A DNA stretch of 56,951 nt, counting the filler, from Dirinaria sp. TL-2023a (Eukaryota): assembly GCA_051941275.1 (NCBI GenBank). It is 4 parts of 4 records of this genome, joined end to end, with 100 filler letters (N's around TTAATTAATTAA, not from the genome) between each part and the next. Parts side by side here need not be neighbours in the genome. Positions count along the whole stretch, not along the records: positions 28,540 to 42,697 come from JAVEBF010000620.1; positions 42,798 to 56,951 come from JAVEBF010000621.1; 2 more parts are not named here. One strand, written 5' to 3'. A program made the translations under genes and the position numbers. Shown here piece by piece: positions 35,324 to 48,700 of this stretch. The notes beneath the pieces are model-generated. The model saw nothing but the letters and a program-made list of their open reading frames with translations, did no database searches and was not told where the DNA came from. How positions within the stretch are numbered: the stretch's first letter is position 1; every line of letters starts with the position of its first letter.

Positions 35324-36069
35324 TTACGACATTGATGACTCATCCGTTGATGTCCCATTCGTCAAGGTCAACTTTCCTCTCCCTATGACTAGTTCTGCAC
35401 TCCCTACCACGCCTGCATCGTCATCGACGATCGCTATTCGTTTGCAAATACTAAAGTTGGCTTTCCATCCAAATTCCATGACGCCGTCGACCGCTGCTGA
35501 CAACATGACCCATCTGTAGCGTTTGTTATCAGATAGCTTCATCAACAATATCATGTATTGCGCCATGTTAAAACATATCGAAGAAAGCACTAATGTCATC
35601 CAGCAGGTCTTTGCCGGCAACAAATCGAAGCAGAAGTAACGTGTTGGACAGCAAACTGACGTCAATTTATCCTCCAATTGATGATTGATCCTTAGACACA
35701 CACGAAAAGAACACCATTCAAAGTTAGGCTGTGCAATAGGCCCATCACCACGATTCTCCACTACGGCTTTCACAATTTCTTATTGCGCTTTATGTCCAAG
35801 ATCAAACAGTTCGAGGTCTCGGAAATGGATATACGGTTTACTAAAGCCCGAAAACACCAGGCTAACCGAAGTCTGATCGACTCGCCATTGGAAAGGGTCG
35901 GGCAGATCGTCATTTCTGCGGAAATGGGTCAGCGTGATCTAAGAGCAAGTGCAAGTAATAGCACTGAGGCGTACTGCGGAATGGCGATCAAGGTGGTTGC
36001 TGTGACCCAGACGCATGACTGCAGGGAAAGGATCAGGGTGAAGAATAATGACCTGAAAAGGGACTTCAT
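35324..36069 (-). pseudogene. Small secreted protein gene (3 exons) with a premature TAA at 35782-35780
   Basis: Signal peptide MKSLFRSLFFTLILSLQSCVWVTA. Intron 1 GTACGC...GCTGAC...GCAG gives QNDDLPDPFQWRVDQTSVSLVFSGF...GHKAQ*EIVKAVVENRGDGPI...EDKLT; intron 2 GTCAGT...CTGAT...TACAG gives WVMLSAAVDGVMEF...IVDDDAGVVGSAELV. Confidence 0.62.
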
Positions 36070-37407
36070 TGTGAAAAAGAGCTGTCTCGAATGAATCATT
36101 GAAAAGCACGGACTGAAGAGATTCAAACGATACTTTCGGCCTCGGAACGCGACTCGCGGCAAAATACTTGCGCGAAACATTCTCGTCAAGATTGAGCGCT
36201 TCTAAGGTGTTTGCGATCGCAGAACACGCGCTGAACGTTCAGCACAAAAAAAGTGCTACCATTGTTGCGAGAACAGGAAGCTGGCTTGCGGCCGGAAGCT
36301 CTTGTGCCTAGTTGGAGGTCAAATCAAAACCACCCAAGGCTACTGCGCAGACGAGTCAAGCTGCTCCTTAGAGTGTTATTATGCTTCTCAAACGTAGTTG
36401 TGGTCACCTATAACACCATTCTTCGGGATCCCTCTATTTCTGTTCAGGATTTTAAGATCAAAAATGGAAATTCTACCTATGATTATCTATTTGTAGCTTA
36501 CAACGCCATTCTATTTTGGCGCGTCGCTTAAAGAACACAACTTGGAAGATCTGAGATCTCTATTATTCTTCATAAATCGTACCGCACCGCACACTACTAA
36601 AGACGTTATTCTGCCTTTTATCTGCAGGAGCTGCTGCATTGACGAAACCGGTAACAACTTTGGCAAGGCTAAATTGATAATGGAGAGGTACAGAAAAGCG
36701 CTCCATGAACTCCACGACATAGATCGGATTGATGAATCCCGCCCCGGAGCAGTACTTGTAACTATCATACCTTCCTATATTAGAGCGGAAGCCGCATGCA
36801 TTACCACGGCGTCTTCTTCTTCAAGATCTACAAACAGCCGAACGTCCAAAATCAGTATTATTCTTCGTTTCGAGATCTTCGCGGAGAAAAGACGGGAGCG
36901 GCTGTCGCTTGTAGGTAGAAGTCTTCATAAATCGTCTCCGCGGGCTACGAATGATATGCCACGGTTTGAAAAAGAAATGGCATTCAAAACGAACTGGAGA
37001 CCTCGATGGAATCGATTCACGCGATATAGGCTACTTACGCTGCTGCTTGAGGCCCTGAGATCTGGATTCTCCCATTAATTCTAAAAAGGGATGTATAAGA
37101 TCAGACACGAACTTCGATAGAGTCGACACTTACAAACCCGACTACCATCCGCTAAAATAAATAATACGAAGCCTGAGAAACTTCCTTCATGACGTCGGTC
37201 ATCAGCGGCGCACGGCAGGAGGCACAAGAAAAATAGTAGCAATCAGTTTTACGTGTATCTTTCTTTGAAAGCTTAGTTGGTCAGTGTAATCCGCTTGGTT
37301 TGCTTTAGGTGGACATCTACGATAATTTCAACCGTAGCTCCATCTCGCAACACTCATATAAAATGCGCTACACAGACCATCCTCTAATCTACTCACCCAC
37401 ATTAGGA

Positions 37408-38020
37408 TTAGGATGTGTCATCAACCGCTTGCCCTGACTCCCCGATCCTGCGCAGACTCGGCGTCAAACTCCCCGTTGCCCAATACCTTCCCCCTTCCGC
37501 CAGAGTCCTCCCAATTGTCCAGTCACACTGATACCAGCCTCTATACCTCAGCTCTTCCTGCAATTGCAGTAGTGTGAACTCCAGCAACCCCCAGGTAAAG
37601 TGAGCATTCATTGCCAGCCATTGCACCCCTACACCACCCTCACCCCCCACACCGATGCCATGGCCTCTGGGCGTCGGCTGATCACGCCCCTCGGAGTCAG
37701 CTATTGCTGCGACTTGGACGATGAGGGCTGCAAAGCCGGAAGGGTTTATGGCGCGCGCATGCACAGGAAATGTAAGTTCTAGCGCGAGACCTGGGGTCGT
37801 GGTGTTGAGGCTTTAAGAAATAGAAGAGCGTTAGACGATGAATGGCGGAACGAGCAGGGAAAGGGTTCAAGTGGTGTCCGGTTATGGACAGTGGTTGGTT
37901 TCAAGCTTACGTTTTGAAGAGTCTTGGCACTGTTTGATTACTGTGTGATGGTCGCGAGGTAACGTGGTGAAAAATTGATGTTAAGAGGAAAAGAATTGGA
38001 AAAACAGGTACTACGAGCAT
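37408..38020 (-). CDS. Small secreted protein, 2 exons, similar motif layout to 35324-36069
   Basis: Signal peptide MLVVPVFPILFLLTSIFHHVTS. Intron GTAAGC...TCTAAC...AAG joins in frame to LNTTTPGLALELTFPVHARAINP...HFTWGLLEFTLLQLQEEL...CDWTI...ATGSL (ORF 37408..37764). Confidence 0.7.
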
Positions 38021-38495
38021 GATGATTGGACTAACTCATATGCTCTGCGGTACGAAGACGTCGGTGAAGTGCAAAAGGTGGGCTATAGGACGCTACGTTC
38101 TCTGGAAATTATGTGGATTGCTATTATTCTCATGAGTAAGTCTCGCCCATCATTAAGTACATTTACACTTCAAAGCGTCATCGTCGCTTGTACCACTAAT
38201 GTACTTTGAAGTGGTTGCGATAAGCGCCTTACAGCTTGGCAAAGGATGATTATCTGAGCGTTGAGGAAGCTCCTGATAAGGTTCAAAGCGCCTTCCTTGG
38301 GCCTGTTCCATGCTGAGTTGATGATCAATGCTTTTGGCAATTATTTTTTGTGAGGGAAAGGCTGAAGCGAGGGAGCAGGATACACCGGAAAAGGACGAGG
38401 GGGAAACTCTTTCCAATCCACTGATGATCTGTGTTCACTCACAGCGGGAAAGACGACGAAGTGAAAGCTCCTTCCAATTGACTGATAATTCTCTT

Positions 38496-39596
38496 TCAGA
38501 GTTGTCTCCATAGAACGCACCCGTACACCAAACCCATCAGGCCCACTAATCTTATCTTAGATCGAATACTTTTCGTCGTATTTCTTTCCATGGTCCCAAC
38601 GCTGTTCGCAACTAATCCCAAAATCATGTACACCGGAACGCTAGCACGCAGAGCCTGATTGAATCCGAGTGGCACATCGGCCGAAAGTGCAGTAGTAAGT
38701 CCAATGACGATCAGCGTGAGACCAGCCCGTGTGGAGTCGTGCTGTCGAGGGCCATAATAACCAAGAGGTTTGGCTTCGCTAAATTCCGTGATGTTCTCTC
38801 GGATGTAGTCCCGGTCCGATTCACTCATCTCCGGCTCGATAAGGTCCGTCACACTGTCGACGTGGCCTGCTCCGTCTCTAGTGGACGTGATACACATTTT
38901 ACCGTCAGCGCGAAGCATGCCGTACACTGGGAGCGGTGGATCCGTGGTCCGAAAGGCTAGGTATAGGCCAACCAGAACAGTGATGCCTACGGGAACTTGA
39001 AGGAACCATGGTAAATTGCTTGATATCAGTGACCAACGACCCAGGAGAATTTCCGCAAAGCTGTGCAGTTGCTCCAGAGCCGTGGAAGAGGGTTTGAAAA
39101 AAACATACGTGTGAAGACTGCCTAACAGTAGGATTGCCAAAGGGCCCCATCCATAGGCAGAATTCCGGGCTAGTATTACCCGCTTCTTTGGTTGCATCCA
39201 CCAAAGGACCATGAAAATGCCAAAAGCTACACCAAACGAGACAATCATATTGGCGTGCACCATCGAAGGTTCCGTGAGCGATACCATCCGCCAGACCGCC
39301 AGGTGCAAGGTCAAGAGACCTACGACGGCAGGCTCGTAGGGAGGATCATGGCACGGTAGTAAAATGTCCCCACCACGAAAGCGAATGTCGAAAAGGGCTT
39401 GACTGGAAGGCTTCCACCGAGGACGCGGCTCTGACATTAGCTCCATTACACTGTAGAGCAGTAATGGAACGACACTGAGCAGGTCTAAGAAAGTGCTTGT
39501 GGGTGGTTCCGTTCCCACGCGACAGTTGAGGTTCATTTTGGGCGGGTCGTTGCAAGCCATGCTGTCGAAGATGCTGCTTGACCTGTTGATTTTCAA
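38496..39596 (-). CDS. Uncharacterised multi-pass membrane protein; 5' structure uncertain, possibly degenerate
   Basis: 366-codon ORF with several hydrophobic helices but a TTG start. Upstream coding-like pieces (39346..39711, 39890..40093) lie in other frames or carry stops. Confidence 0.55.
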   Translation of the reverse strand: MKINRSSSIFDSMACNDPPKMNLNCRVGTEPPTSTFLDLLSVVPLLLYSVMELMSEPRPRWKPSSQALFDIRFRGGDILLPCHDPPYEPAVVGLLTLHLAVWRMVSLTEPSMVHANMIVSFGVAFGIFMVLWWMQPKKRVILARNSAYGWGPLAILLLGSLHTYVFFKPSSTALEQLHSFAEILLGRWSLISSNLPWFLQVPVGITVLVGLYLAFRTTDPPLPVYGMLRADGKMCITSTRDGAGHVDSVTDLIEPEMSESDRDYIRENITEFSEAKPLGYYGPRQHDSTRAGLTLIVIGLTTALSADVPLGFNQALRASVPVYMILGLVANSVGTMERNTTKSIRSKIRLVGLMGLVYGCVLWRQL

Positions 39597-41491
39597 ATGC
39601 TTCTCTTGCCCTTAAATACTCGCTGGTTACCGCGAGGCCATGGTGGCTTTGGTTGTCAGCCTTGGCAGGATTCCTTCGGTGCAGTGCACATACACATTCT
39701 AGCCTCAGCAATGTGTCTAGCCATGCGTCCGATATCTATAGCGGGTGAGCGGGTTGGCGAAATGATGGCTCCGAATTACAATGTTGGAGGATTTGAGGAA
39801 GCCTAGACGTGCGAAGGGGATACTGTATATATCCCTCCAAATGCCCACCGAATAACACGCCAAATGCGCTCAAGAAGACCTCTGCGGTCTCAATGCAGTC
39901 CTGCCACAGTGTGACAGTTTATTGTGGCAAAACTGCACAGTATCTCGTCAGCTGACTGTATGACGATCATGTATTGCGCATCTAGGCAACCAGCAGCCTT
40001 GGCAACCTCGTTGATGTACTCTCCAGATGGTTTCGGGTTATCCACCGTTCTAATAACTTCTGTATGCTTATCGCAGAGATCCATACAGTGCAATTTTCAT
40101 ATGTTGTCATTGTGAAGGTGCTAAAGTCACTCACAAAGGAGTGTTGGATGAGGAATGACAGGGTTAAAGTTGCTCGAGATCATAATACTACTAGTATTGA
40201 GAGAAGGCTTTGCTTAAATAGCAGACCTCTCACGACTCACGACTATGGAAACCCTCGTCAGCGCTCACTGATAGAGAGTACAAGCCCAGTATCCAGAAAG
40301 GCATACGGAGTTTAAGGTAGGCGCACTACTACGACTTTAGGGTTCTAAATAACCCTAGACAGACGCCAAGACCCAATGTAATTCATCCTTGCTTTGCAAA
40401 GCCGGCGGCCCTGCAAAATACTTTCCTTCCCAGCGAGAGCTTTATTGATCAGGAGCGGGAAAATACCTGTTCTGAAACTGGTTAGGCGCTGTCTACGCTA
40501 CTGATAATGACGTCATCGTACTCCTCGAGCAAGGAGCAGCAGAATTTGTTCTTACGTTAGGTGCTGATCTTTGCCCGAATGATTGATTACGAGTACGAGT
40601 ATACTTGGTGGCAATTCTTCAGGACGCTCCGCATCTCGTATCTGGAAAAGAGAAGGGTCACGCGCAGCAGTATCATTGTCGGCATACTCGTGGGACAGCA
40701 AGAGCTCCATGTTCGAAACATGCCCTGCCTTCCGCCCGCCGCGCAGATCTACCGTGGAACTCAACAGTCTTCGAATCATCTAGAATTTCTACAACACTGT
40801 GACTACAAAGAAAACTATAAGTGGACTCCTGCCTGGACCACTGGTCAAGATAGGCTGTTATACTGATGTTCCTCGGTGCATTTGGAGATTGAACGTGAAA
40901 TTTTGTCCATGTTCATGGGATCATCCGCCTCCGACAAAATCCCTGATCGGACTGCCGCGGGAATCTATTCTGGTACACTCTCAACCGTGAGACACGTGGG
41001 GGGGCGGAGATCTAGTCTCACGATTATCGATGACACTGCCAAGTGCTGAGCTCACCTTCCGCATAATTCGTTCAATTGGTGCGCGTCTCAATCATGAAAC
41101 GCCTTCCAATAAATTGCCCGATCCCCGGGACAGAGCCGCATCCTCACGTGGCCCACTATAATTGCAAGCCAGATTGCAGGTAGGCAGAGGTAAGTCTCAT
41201 ATTACGGCTCACAACGGCTTTCTATGTTCTTGTGACTCTCCTTTTACGTCAGTCATGACATGGCTCACAACCACCAGCCGTGTTCTCCACGATGTTGCAT
41301 CCAATTTCCATGCGGGCTCCTTGGACGGGTCGCGGCGTTTCGTTTTGTCTGGCGTATGCATAAAACCCGGTCTCAGCCCCTGCTATTTGATAATTGCCTC
41401 TCCCCAGCCTACCAGAGTCTGGTAACATGCAATTTCCGATATTCGTTCATCTATCATTAATATTGCAATCCATTTCAAATTCTTGCTTACA

Positions 41492-42037
41492 ATGTCGTTT
41501 TTGAAAACCATGTCCTCCTTCCTGGCTCTCCTATTTATTTCAAGTATAGTGGACGCCTTACCACTCCTTCATTCGCGCCAAGTGGCTCCACCTCAACCAT
41601 GCGGCTATAACATGAACTTCCCATACTTCACCGCCCAAACCTCTCAACCAGAATGTACCGCCGCCGCCACATCGCTCTGCGGGCAAATACCAGCCAGCTC
41701 GTGGACCGTCGACGGCTGGACGCAGGTGAACAACGGCAGCTGTCGCGCCATGGTATACCACGACAATAACATGCCCGTGCCCACGCAAGACGTGTGCATG
41801 CAAACCTTTGCGGGCATCATTTCAGCCTGCATCATCGAATCAGGCACATCGCCCGATTTCGGCAATGCAAACGCCAATATCAACGCGCCCAGAAACGATC
41901 CTCAGATTGCCGCAGACCCAACCCAGACCGTGTATCAGATCGGGTCTGGCGCGTATTACGATAAAAATGAGCAGATCAATGGCGCGTGGGTAGGGGCTGC
42001 GACCGGCTCGATGAACGTGGTCATGGTCCATGAATGA
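41492..42037 (+). CDS. Small secreted cysteine-rich protein (effector-like)
   Basis: ATG at 41492, signal peptide MSFLKTMSSFLALLFISSIVDA, six Cys (PCGY, ECTAAATSLCG, GSCRA, VCMQTFAGIISAC), intronless. Confidence 0.85.
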   Translation: MSFLKTMSSFLALLFISSIVDALPLLHSRQVAPPQPCGYNMNFPYFTAQTSQPECTAAATSLCGQIPASSWTVDGWTQVNNGSCRAMVYHDNNMPVPTQDVCMQTFAGIISACIIESGTSPDFGNANANINAPRNDPQIAADPTQTVYQIGSGAYYDKNEQINGAWVGAATGSMNVVMVHE

Positions 42038-42697
42038 TTGTCGTCAGCAGTTGGATATTTGAGAGATAGCTTGCAGCATTTTTGCGACGACATTGGAGGG
42101 AGCGCGTAACAATTCATAGCATGAGCATTGCGTTGCTTTGCATAGCAAGAGGTGGGCATCAGCGAGGATTGTTAGCATTGCATATTGCATCAAGCATTTG
42201 TGGGATTATTGCATGGCGGAGATTGATACCCCGAAAGCATTCATGTCTGCGCTGCGCGCTGGAAGAGACAGCTTTCTTCCCTGCAGAGCAAGCCACAGGA
42301 TTTCTTGCATCAGCGTTGGCACTACTATCGAGACATAATCTGACATATGTACATAGTAATTCTTTAACTCCAAACTACCTACTTATCTCTATTCACTCCG
42401 TCATACCGAGCTACAATTCTGTGTACACACTCATTCCAAAGACCGAATAAAAAAAAAAAAAAAAAGAGAAGTAAAAATATGACCCAAGAGTCTTCGCGTC
42501 ATCTTCCCGCGTCTCAAATCTCAACCCTGTTGTCACAGTCCCAGGATGTTTCATCAACCTCCCGCCCTTTTTCGAGAAACAAACCTAACCTTTAGCGTGG
42601 GCTTTAGCATCCACTAAAGTGAGCTTGTTTAATCCTACTCACTCACTCACTATCCCGATCTGCTACATACAGAATCTCACCCCTCAACTATATACAC

Positions 42698-42797
42698 NNN
42701 NNNNNNNNNNNNNNNNNNNNNNNNNNNNNNNNNNNNNNNNNTTAATTAATTAANNNNNNNNNNNNNNNNNNNNNNNNNNNNNNNNNNNNNNNNNNNN
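42698..42797. other. Artificial contig-joining linker
   Basis: N-run with central TTAATTAATTAA. Confidence 0.97.
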
Positions 42798-45700
42798 TTG
42801 TAAATGATTGCTCGGTTTCTCAAAATTCCGCGATTCATTTCACATTGACTGCGGCCTCGTTGGCTCAGGTTACAATATACCGCGCTTCAAGCTACAACCC
42901 AACGCCAGACCCGAAGCAAAGATCTTTATTGGTGCAAGCTTTAAACTATACAATAAAATCGATAACAACGTCCCTGAAAACTGTTTCATGTCAGATAATT
43001 ATACGATGCACGTAATTGACCAGATTAGAATCCCGGAGACATATACGGACATTCCACTTTGAAAGCTGATAACGGCTCAAGGATCATCGAAGACATATCG
43101 TGTCCATACTGAATTCTTGTTGTATAGCGGAGTCAACACCTTTCAAAAACATGCACCGATATTGTATACTTATTAAGTATTCCACGGAAAATCGATCGAG
43201 AAGTTACTGTTTTCTTAACACCTTGGTAGTGTTCAAGGTTATCATCAATCAAACATTTTCCTGCATATCGAAATTGCAAAGACCACACCAGAATAGATAA
43301 GCCGTTGACGATGAGCCGCTGGAACCACTGATAGCCGGCTTTGAAGTTCGGATCAAAGAATTTTATCAAGATGCGATTGTCTCCAAAGTGTTGACGATTT
43401 TAGGTTTCTACTTTATTACTGATGAAGAAGTTATAATTTCAGGGCATTAAGGTAAAGGAGCTTGATCAACTGTATGAATTGGATCCGGCTAAAGAGTCCT
43501 GCAACCGCTGAGCGACTTTTTTACTTTAGTCTTTCAGACTTCCATGAAAAAGGTCGTTAGCCTCACCATGGATCATTATTTCGAGCGTCATGCGTACATA
43601 GTCGCATTGAACAAGCAATATACTGACAATCAGACTATCATCTTCTGCACCCATGATAAGCAAATCAAAGATGGACTACTTTCTCAACGCGAGGTAATGG
43701 CAGGAGAGAACGTGCTGCGCCAGTCAGGGGATTTTCCACGCAGAAAGTCAGACTCAGCCTCGATTTCTCACAGCCAGGTTTAATCACCTGAAAGGCAGGA
43801 TTTACTGAAATCAGAGTATTAAAGGTTTTAGCTACATTCGATCGACATTGTGGATGTGGGTGGCTACGTGGATTGATGTGGAAAGCCCAAGCGACGAGAA
43901 TCGTAAGTGAGACATACTACTACCTATTATACTATCCTGCTAATAAAATAATAGTAACGAGATATTCAATCTGATGAATTGGTATGTTCTTCAGTTGACA
44001 GAAGCAGAATCAATGACTTTCAAAGCGCCGCTCGATCCAGCGCGTTGTGCACACAGCAAGCCTTGATCAAGCGCTTTTCAAAAATGGTCGCTTGCGCCCA
44101 GTTCCAAGCCTGGGTTCAGGGAGTGCAAGCTAAATTCAAAATTTCACCTGGTGCAAAGAAAAATGCTCAGTTCAGAGCAGATTCATGGTTTTATGCGGAG
44201 CATAAATCGGTGCCAGATTCGCTGAGGCAATTTTCGCTTCTGAGTCTCGTTGTTGCAAGCTCAAATCGATGATCTGAAATCAGTCTGCGTACGTACAAAA
44301 CCACAATGGCGTGCGAAATCTACTTCGGCCAACACATTATACAATGGGCGAGGAATCCAGCTTCGATCGACGAAGCAAGAATCAGCTGATGACTCTATTC
44401 AGCGGATTGAATGAAAGCGCGCCCCGTGAGCCCGACTTCAGGCAAAATCGATAGAAATTCTAGCGAATTTTCGATTAATACTGAATTTTGCGACGTTTTG
44501 GAAGTGGAATTTTTAATCAAGAGAAGCAGAGCGATTCTAAGACTGCACGAGCTCTTTTCTCCTGTTGGTTTCCACTTTTTCTCAAACTGACAAGTAATGG
44601 CGTGACGAAACCAAGTTCCCGCATCTTTTTTCGGCGGTGAAGAGGAGTATAGTGTGTGTCGGCAATGATAAGAGTCGCGATAGCAATGAACCTCTATGAT
44701 TATCTTAAATGAAGTCACAATGTCCGACTCAAGAACTGCTTGACGTTTTCGAGCTATAAATGTCGAGAATCAATCGATTTTCGACCAAGCAAGATTTTTT
44801 GACAATTTCAGAATCGAAGGACATTTTCTCACATATCTTACTCAACAGACAGTGGGTTTTACGCACTTCTGGGCTCTCCAAACGAGTAAGGCATCGTGTG
44901 GATGCTCATCCCTCGATCAATGGAACGCATTGGGCTAAACGATACAAGTGCGAGAGTAATAAGGGCACACAGAGGAACGCGTTACCAACGCTCTACTTCG
45001 TTCTTGTTGATCATGGCATCCCAAAGCCAGCCGAGGGATCTAAGAGGTTGACTGCGGACTAAAACAGCGTGCGCTACGATTGTTCACGGTTCGAAGAATC
45101 AAATTCGAGTGGGCTAACGACTTTCTCGCATACATTAACTGGTAGAGGAGTTGTATATCAATGGAATTAATGATCGGACCACACTTTGATAGTTATCGAA
45201 AAAAGAAAAGATCAATGCAAATGAAACAAAGTTACTAGGTTGGAGGATGAAAAGTCCAATCTTCACAAGAAAAGTAGACGGTATAAATATCTCTGTCACG
45301 TCATCGCAAATTCGACCCTGGACAATGTTATTAAAAGGATCAAGATTTCGCGCTTGAACAGCCAAAGAAATTTGCAATTTGACATGAAAAATACATCAAA
45401 AAAAAAAAAAAAAAAAAAAAATTCAAGCTATATACAAGATATCTTCAAAGATACACGGCCAATAGTAGCGTCCACGTCTTTTTAAAAACGTTGAGACGGA
45501 CAGCGAAATCCATACTGTGGATCTCTGTCATTCTTTTCTTCTAATATTCAAGTCATCCGAGTTCTAATTAATTCATTCACCTTCAATGACTTTCAACCCA
45601 TTTTGCTGGCGCTGAAATATTTTCAGAGCCTCTCTATTGCGGTGAAAGAAACCTCGCGTTACTTCAGTCGAAGATCTCACGTAGACTGTAGCCTGCCGTT

Positions 45701-48700
45701 ATGTATGTTATGCTGGCGTGCATATCGAAAAAAAATCAACTGCGAGCAGAATTTCTCGGTAAAGGGCGTCGCATTCAGATCAAGAATCCTCCAATATATT
45801 ATGTAATGCATGCGACGAGCGATACACACAAAGCGTGTCAAGTACTAAAAGTTAATAAAGTAGAATTAAAACACGCTTTCCGGGCTTTACGCCCAGAGCA
45901 AACATTTAGACACTGCAACATGGAGATATCGTCTCCAGGTTTCAATACTCGATGCTGTTTCATCTTCTCGAGCCGACCCGCTCTGGCCAGGACCTGTAGT
46001 AGCGGCTGAGCCGGGTGAGTTCCTCCGTTCTGCTTGTTACTGTGATGGATTACTGAACATGGATAGACTCTGGAAAGACTCTTGGAATGCAGAGCCCCTT
46101 TGTCGAACGCCTACTGAAATTACCTCGTGCAATACCTATATTGGATGAGACTGCGGCCTGGGCTCGACCGAAGATAGTCGTTCTCTCTCCTACTCGGGAA
46201 GCGGCAATTCAAAACTTCCAAAACATGCTGAACATGATCAGGTAAGGATTGATGTGGCATGTCTCTTGAAGAAGAGAAAGGTCTCTAACGATATCTTAGA
46301 TACACCATGATCCGACCAATTGTTGTAAAATCGCGGACTTGAAGCTTGGAGACAGCGATTGGTTCTCACTGAAGGTTGACTGCTTGTTGTTGAGAGATGT
46401 TGCTGGCGTGGAAGAAACTGACTGCGATTTGATAATCTCGATATCAAGATAGGTTAGTCTTGATCAAGGTTTTTCTTGACGAGTTCACGTTAACAGTGGA
46501 CGCAACTGTCCTGCTATAAGAGCGACGGAAAGACAGTAACCTACAGGCATAATGTTAGCACTGACCTCAGAGCGCAGAGCGACAGCGATCTCTTGTACCT
46601 TAAGCTTCTTGCCTAGATCACAGCCCAATTTCCTTAGCTCCACGTTTGCTTCTACGGTACTTCATGCCTCTCCAATGCGATGATGACTGGAATGGAGCAG
46701 ACACAACACCAGGCGTATACGACCCGAAGCTCAACGCGACTGAGATGGAAATGGGAATAGGCCCCCACTGAAGTAGCTCTGCACGACCTCGCTCAGTCCA
46801 ATATAGTTATCGGCGCTTCCGTTGCACCTCAGTGTGGACGCTACTGACACCATGAAAAATGAGTTTGATAGGAAAGCCGTCTTGGCTACAAAAGATGAGC
46901 TCGATTCGAGCGAAAATCTGGAATCACGCGGTGAGAAAAAAAAGAAGCAAAAGCAAAGCTATAGCAAAGGAGCATATGAATAAAATCATGAATTAAATCA
47001 ATCGTCCGAGCGCCATCGTAACTACCTTTTTCACATCATACTCTCAGACAGAGCCATTGAAACATCGGAAAAAGACTCGAAATGATAACGATCAACCGTT
47101 GAATTAGGTCAGTCCATAAAGCAAGATCAAGAAGAAGGTTGATGATTTTGGAATTTTCGAACCAGCTCGGACAAATGGTAAGAAGTTTTGATCTCAATGA
47201 GAACTTGTAAGATTAGAAGGGGATTCTATGTTCCAACAGATAGTTTTTGCGCATTGAGAAGCTTGCGAAGCTCAGAAAAGATTTATAGCGTTAAATCCGC
47301 GTGTAATATAAAAGCAAGATCAGAAGTGCTATCATTTACGCATGTCAGCTCAAAAGCGATCTCGAAAGTGAGAATCTCAGAGGCTGGAAGAGCAACGAAT
47401 CGGATTTTCTTCCTCATCTGTACAAAATCATGAACATTAACATCAACTTTCAACCTGCTCAGATTATGGCATAAATGCAAATTATTGTACTTCTCTCGAC
47501 ATGTCAATTCCAACCAAGATCATTGCATTGGACCGTGAGGGAACTCCGAGCCCGCTCGCCGATATCAAGAAAACATTGGAACGCGCCACCGGCCCCTCGC
47601 GGAGCAATATTTGAAAACCGAATGGCTACATGTTCGATTCGCCGATAGAGGAGAAGGTCGTTCCAATCGATTTTGAAAAGGTACAGGAATTCCTGTCAAC
47701 TGCAGATAATATGACAAAAGCTCTCACACCTACAATGGATTACATGCAGCGTAATTTTCTCGAAACACAATCGTTGGTAAAGTCAACCCTCGAAAGCTCG
47801 AGCGCCAGAAGAAATTAGGAACGTCGACATGGCCGCTGTGCGGCATCAAGGAAGAAAATAAGGGGATATTCCCGTCGACTTCCCAGGCAAGAATCGACGC
47901 CCAGTGCTTGGGGAGAAAGTCTTGATCGGAATTCGTACCGTTCCAGCTTACTGGAAGAACTAGCATAGCTATGATCGGAGACGACGGGTTGTTGATTGGG
48001 TGGCTCAGAGAGTGGGAGCATGATGGAATCCACGACCAGGGATGGGATACCAGGGTGATATTATCAATGGAAAATTCTTACTGGGCTCGGTGTGGAGGCA
48101 TTTGTTTCCAAGGCATCCTTGAGACCGTGTGAGGTAGGTGTATATAGCACAGTCTCAAATATCATTTGACAAACGAGATGGCATTTGATTCATGACATTC
48201 GCCTCGATCCGTTACTTCCACTCTAGGGTTGTGTATAACCCTACTCGGTTGTTTCTGATAGGCAGAATTTGTAGCCGAACATGGCTTAAACATCTCGGGC
48301 AACACTTAATGGACCATGAGTTCACATGTCAAATGCTGATCACACGTCGCTGAATATATTCATGCTTGCTACTCAAAGTCGTACTCGTAATACTACGCTC
48401 ACATATTCTAGAAGCGCTAATAAAGAAAGGGAGAGTTCCATCAAGAAAACGATGCAAAAAAAGAAAGGACAATTTCTACATCTCTGAAAGGAGCCCGAGC
48501 CATCCCTCAAAATGGATGTGAATGTTCCGATATGCTCTGCTTCAGGCGTTGAGACATATTTTTTAAGCATCGCCAACAGATCCCAAATGAGATCCACGAA
48601 GTGATAAATCGATGAAAAAAGAAAGTATTATTGAGCTGCCCCACATATCTTTTGAAACGATTAATACTCTCTAGCTACCCAATTGATTTGGATCTGGCTA

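Noticed and set aside
36542..37078. 178-aa plus-strand ORF
   Set aside because: TTG start and no recognisable domain or signal; cannot be supported as a gene.
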